Assembly (NCBI GenBank): GCA_904063045.1
Contig: CAJFCJ010000004.1
Coordinates: forward strand, 494,195 to 558,194
Source: Dimorphilus gyrociliatus
Lineage: Eukaryota; Animalia; Annelida
DNA: 64,000 nucleotides
Direction of reading: 5' to 3'
Of this stretch, positions 60,053 through 64,000 are shown one piece after another; positions within the stretch are counted from its first letter, which is position 1, and every line of letters begins with the position of its first letter. Under the pieces are notes generated by a model. That model worked only from the letters and a program-made list of their open reading frames with translations, searched no databases and was not told the origin of the DNA. A program made the translations under genes and the position numbers.

Positions 60053-63000
60053 AAGAACGCGATGATACTATATATTCTCTAATTAGATAGAAAAGAAAGG
60101 AAAAGGAAAAGAGAAAAGAAAAGGCGTACAAAAAAAATAAAAAAATGGGAAACTATTATTTTGTTGTTTGTGGTCTTTTCTACAAACTTTTGCAATTGTT
60201 TTATTTAATAATTTAATAAAAGAGAAATTTTATACTTATTCTATAAAAATCAATTAGACTTAGATACAAAAAAAATGATATTACTTTAGATGAAGACATT
60301 ATCGGGAATATATTTATGCAAGACTATATACGTTATACATTTATAATGTACATTTTGTATAGTTTTCCGTATTAGGAATAAAAAGTTAATAATAGAATGA
60401 ATTATATAAAAATTACACTCTAAAAAAAGATTTCGTATTATTACGTAACAATAGATAGACAAACTCTATCTTTTTTTTTATATATAATAAATATGCTTCT
60501 ATTTATTCGGTGAAGGTATAATTTGTATATATTTTAAATAGTCGATTCTACGAGTTTGTCAACAGTAATCCATTAATTTAACGCTAATTAAAACATTCTA
60601 TATTTATATGTAATAAGGGATATTTTGTTTTCAACTTGATTGTTTTTAATCAATGTAGTACAGAACCCTTCCAAGTTTGTACATGTACAATATATATTGT
60701 ATTTATATATTTATTTATATACAAGATTTGTCTTAATATAGTCCCACTCCCATTTTCTATCGTTTACTGCTCTCTCTTTCTTATTCCTGATTCTCTGCCT
60801 GATCCTAATTAAAGGGTTTAATATTCAACGGTGCTTGATTATATATCTATGTTGGAAGTATAATAAAGCCGTTAAGTGAGAAACTATTTTTACCGTCAAC
60901 TGTAAATACATGCCTCGTATATCTCGTGACCTTTCAGCATTATCGGTTTTTTTTTGTAAAAAAAATGACCGCATACAAAAAATATCATTTCTCGAATAGA
61001 GGATTAAAAAAATAAGATAGATAGGGGCTCAGACAGTAAAAGAAAGACGAATCGAAGTGAGAGAGACAGAGAGAGAGCGGGAGAGGAGAGATAGAAAATA
61101 ATATGTTGACATCAATTGTATCGCATATCTCGACAACAGCTTGTCTTGGCAAACTTGGTTCATTTGTTGTAAAACAATCAAATGATAAAAGAAAATAAAG
61201 CTATCATCTAATATATAATCTGCTCTTTCTTTCCTAAAGGAAAAGGTACGGAAAAGGGGAAGGGGCGGGAGAGGGAAGAGAAAGAGAGAGAGAGAGAGAA
61301 AGAGGGGGAAACGCGAGTCCTGACGCCACGTTAGGTGGCGCATTATATAGAGAATTATTGACTAGGATACTTTTTTATATTCTTCATTAAACACATGCGT
61401 ATAAGCCTAATTAATTGGGGTCGTTCTAATTAATTCCTCGCAATAGAAAGGTTTGAAATAGCTATCTACATTGATACTATAGTACTATTTAAAATAACAT
61501 AGGGCTGAAAATCCTTAAAAGATTAAGAGTTATCTCCTTTTCATTTTAAAGAAGGGCGTGGCTTTTAAAAGGATAATTTATCGTGTAATATATACGATAC
61601 GTTAATTCTTTTTACAAGTGTTGGTAATGTTATTACAAAGAATAAATTATTTGTATTTTAAAAGGGAAAAAAGGGGTAGAGTCATAATAAAACCGAAAGA
61701 GAGAGGGAGAGAGACAGACAGACAGACAGACAGATAGAATAATAAAAGAAACACCAGATAGATTATAGTATTTAAAAAAATTGACACTTGTATAAGCCTA
61801 TTTTTTTGTTTTGAATAACTTTCTTTAAATGAGAAAGGAAAAAAAAGGTTTGTAATTGTTTTAAGTTTATAATAGGAAGTGAAGAAATTCGAAAAAAAAG
61901 CTTTTTTGTATTTATCCATAAATAAAAAATGTCTTACGGAAGAGAGATTCTCATCAATTTATATATTACAAACTCCCTACTGAAAACTATTAGATAAAAG
62001 AACTTATGTAACAGTAAGGCAATTGTTAAGGGTATAACGCTCTACGTCTTCGTAATCCTTTTCCGGATCCGGGATCAGTTGAAAAGGGCGGACCGGACAA
62101 ATAATAGCCCGCATCGACCCCCATCAAGAACCGAAGCTAACAAATAATATAGTAGTAAATAAACAGACGAAATTTCCCGCTTACCAATGACAAAACTATT
62201 AAATTTGAGAAAATTACTTAATTAATTCTCCTACGTCCTGTTGTAGTTTCTTTTTATTTTAAGGATAAAAAACTAATTGAATAGATAAGCGTCACTTTTT
62301 CTTATCTGTTTGTTGTCTGTCCCTCAATCTCCTCCTCATATTCATTTCAGCTCTTCGTTTCTATTCCTAAAAAGAGAAGCGTGATAAAAAAATTAAAACG
62401 AAAAGACATAAATAAAGGAGAGATCGTATTTGTTAAGAAACAATTCTAACCAAGTTTTCCCACCTTCTCAAGTGGTTCAAGTGTTGGATGCTAAGGAATC
62501 GAATAGGTTAAATTGATTTCTCCATTTTAGAGTAATATGAATCTTAAAGATTTGTGATTTTCGTTTGGTTAATAAAGCTTCCGGTATAATCGTTAGAAGA
62601 GACTCTCCAATTTCGGCCTTTGAACGATTTTGAACGAAAATCAATAGAATTGGACTAATTATTGGACTGAAATGTTCATCTATCGGCTTTAATTTACGTG
62701 AAAATGTATTGCAAATTCTCCCAATAAGGCCTATAGTTTCTCAACCGTTTTAATTTATGCAAAAGTCTATTCCTTTGACATGCCCTAGGTTCAGACTTAA
62801 TACGTTACTTTAATTCGGCGAGTTTCATCTCCCCCTTGGACACGCCAATTCGAAGGTTAACCGATATAAATATAAAAGAGAATTATTATACCAATTTATA
62901 TAATGTTTTTTAACAAACTACTCTATAAATGACATACATTTTGAGCAAACTATACAATTTCTAGATAATTTAGAAGCTTTAAACTCGAGTATTAACCGTT

Positions 63001-63561
63001 CGATTTGTCATTATTAAAAAAATTCGTGCGAGAATTTTTAAACAATCATAGTAGTCTTTTACGGGTAAAACTCCAATCAATAGAAGCTTCCCTGGAGAAT
63101 TTTAAAATATAGGTCAAAATTGACGAACATATTATAATGTTAAAGACGAAAGAAATAAAAAGGAAAAAACATTTTTTTAAAAAAAAAAAGTAATAAAAAA
63201 ACTAAAAATCAAACAAACATTTAATAGAGCTTTGTCTTAATTTTGTTTAAATTAAAGATTATATAGAGGAAATAATACTAATTTGTATAGAAAAAAGTTC
63301 TTGCTTTTTATATCAAAATTCGATCAAATATGCTTATGATTTGAAAATATTAAGTATTAATAGAAAAATACACTGTATTATAGGGTTTTACCGGATAAGA
63401 AAACAGGAAATTGCCTATATACACAAAAATGCCATAATGAATAATTCACAAAATACATAAATGTATATATATATAAATTTATATATTACTACTGTAAAAA
63501 AAATATAGTACATTGACCACTCTAAACTAAGCTGTACCACAAATATATATATTTATATACA

Positions 63562-63562
<1 letters not shown>

Positions 63563-63608
<46 letters not shown>
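63563..63608. repeat. (TA)23 microsatellite
   Basis: Read directly from the sequence. Confidence 0.9.
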
Positions 63609-63610
<2 letters not shown>

Positions 63611-64000
63611 TATAGATACACTATATATATATTCATCATCATTCTTGACTTCAAAAGATATGCAATAGTAGGCCTAGTTTCACTTAGAAAAACTCATCCC
63701 ATTCTTCCTATATAAACAGATTCACCAGGGAATGCAGCAATAAGGAAGCGAGTGACTAGAGAGTCAGCCAACTGCAAAGATTTAAAGTAACTTATCTGCC
63801 TGAAAACTACTAATCGAAAAATTTCCAGTAAATTTAGTAGATAAGGAAAAAAAACTGTATACTTTGTATAAGTAACATACATTTATAATAGTAATATTAT
63901 AGTTAGGATTAGTTTTTATCTATCTATCTATCTATCTCTATCTACGCTTTCAAAAACATTACATAAATATTTGACATCCACGCAAAATTCAATTATACGA

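Noticed and set aside
1-64000. CRISPR arrays, rRNA genes, intact mobile elements
   Set aside because: Eukaryotic spliced-gene context; no regularly spaced repeat-spacer array, rRNA-like sequence or transposase/RT ORF found.

Overview
AT-rich eukaryotic (animal) genomic DNA with very short GT-AG introns (mostly 53-115 nt). The gene content and compaction suggest a miniaturised invertebrate genome, possibly the annelid Dimorphilus gyrociliatus (inference only). I reconstructed 11 protein-coding genes by hand from splice sites and reading-frame phase: an M6/proteolipid (PLP/DM20-family) gene (-), a Beta3/BHLHE22-type bHLH (-), an Erg/KCNH2-type K+ channel (-), LAPTM4-like (-), HM13/signal peptide peptidase (+), an 83-aa single-pass membrane protein (+), an uncharacterised SIM-bearing acidic protein (+), a claudin/PMP22-like protein (-), a tandem METTL24-like protein (-), a CHTOP-like protein (+) and ISCA1 (+). 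A twelfth, a PDZ-C2-RhoGAP Syd-1/RhoGAP100F (-), completes the set. The left part (7.4-39.2 kb) is largely non-coding and dotted with GC-rich motif islands; 40-58.7 kb is densely packed. The standout is the M6/PLP-family tetraspan protein of about 888 aa. Its second extracellular loop is expanded about ten-fold (about 645 aa) and carries an RRRR furin-type site, five copies of an unrecognised ~60-aa repeat and a LEA/apolipoprotein-like helical segment, all inserted between the conserved loop cysteines. Second is the Erg channel, which appears to lack the PAS domain and carries the equivalents of hERG S620T, S631A and Y652S. I found no rRNA, tRNA, CRISPR array or intact transposon. No searches were run; family assignments rest on motif recognition.
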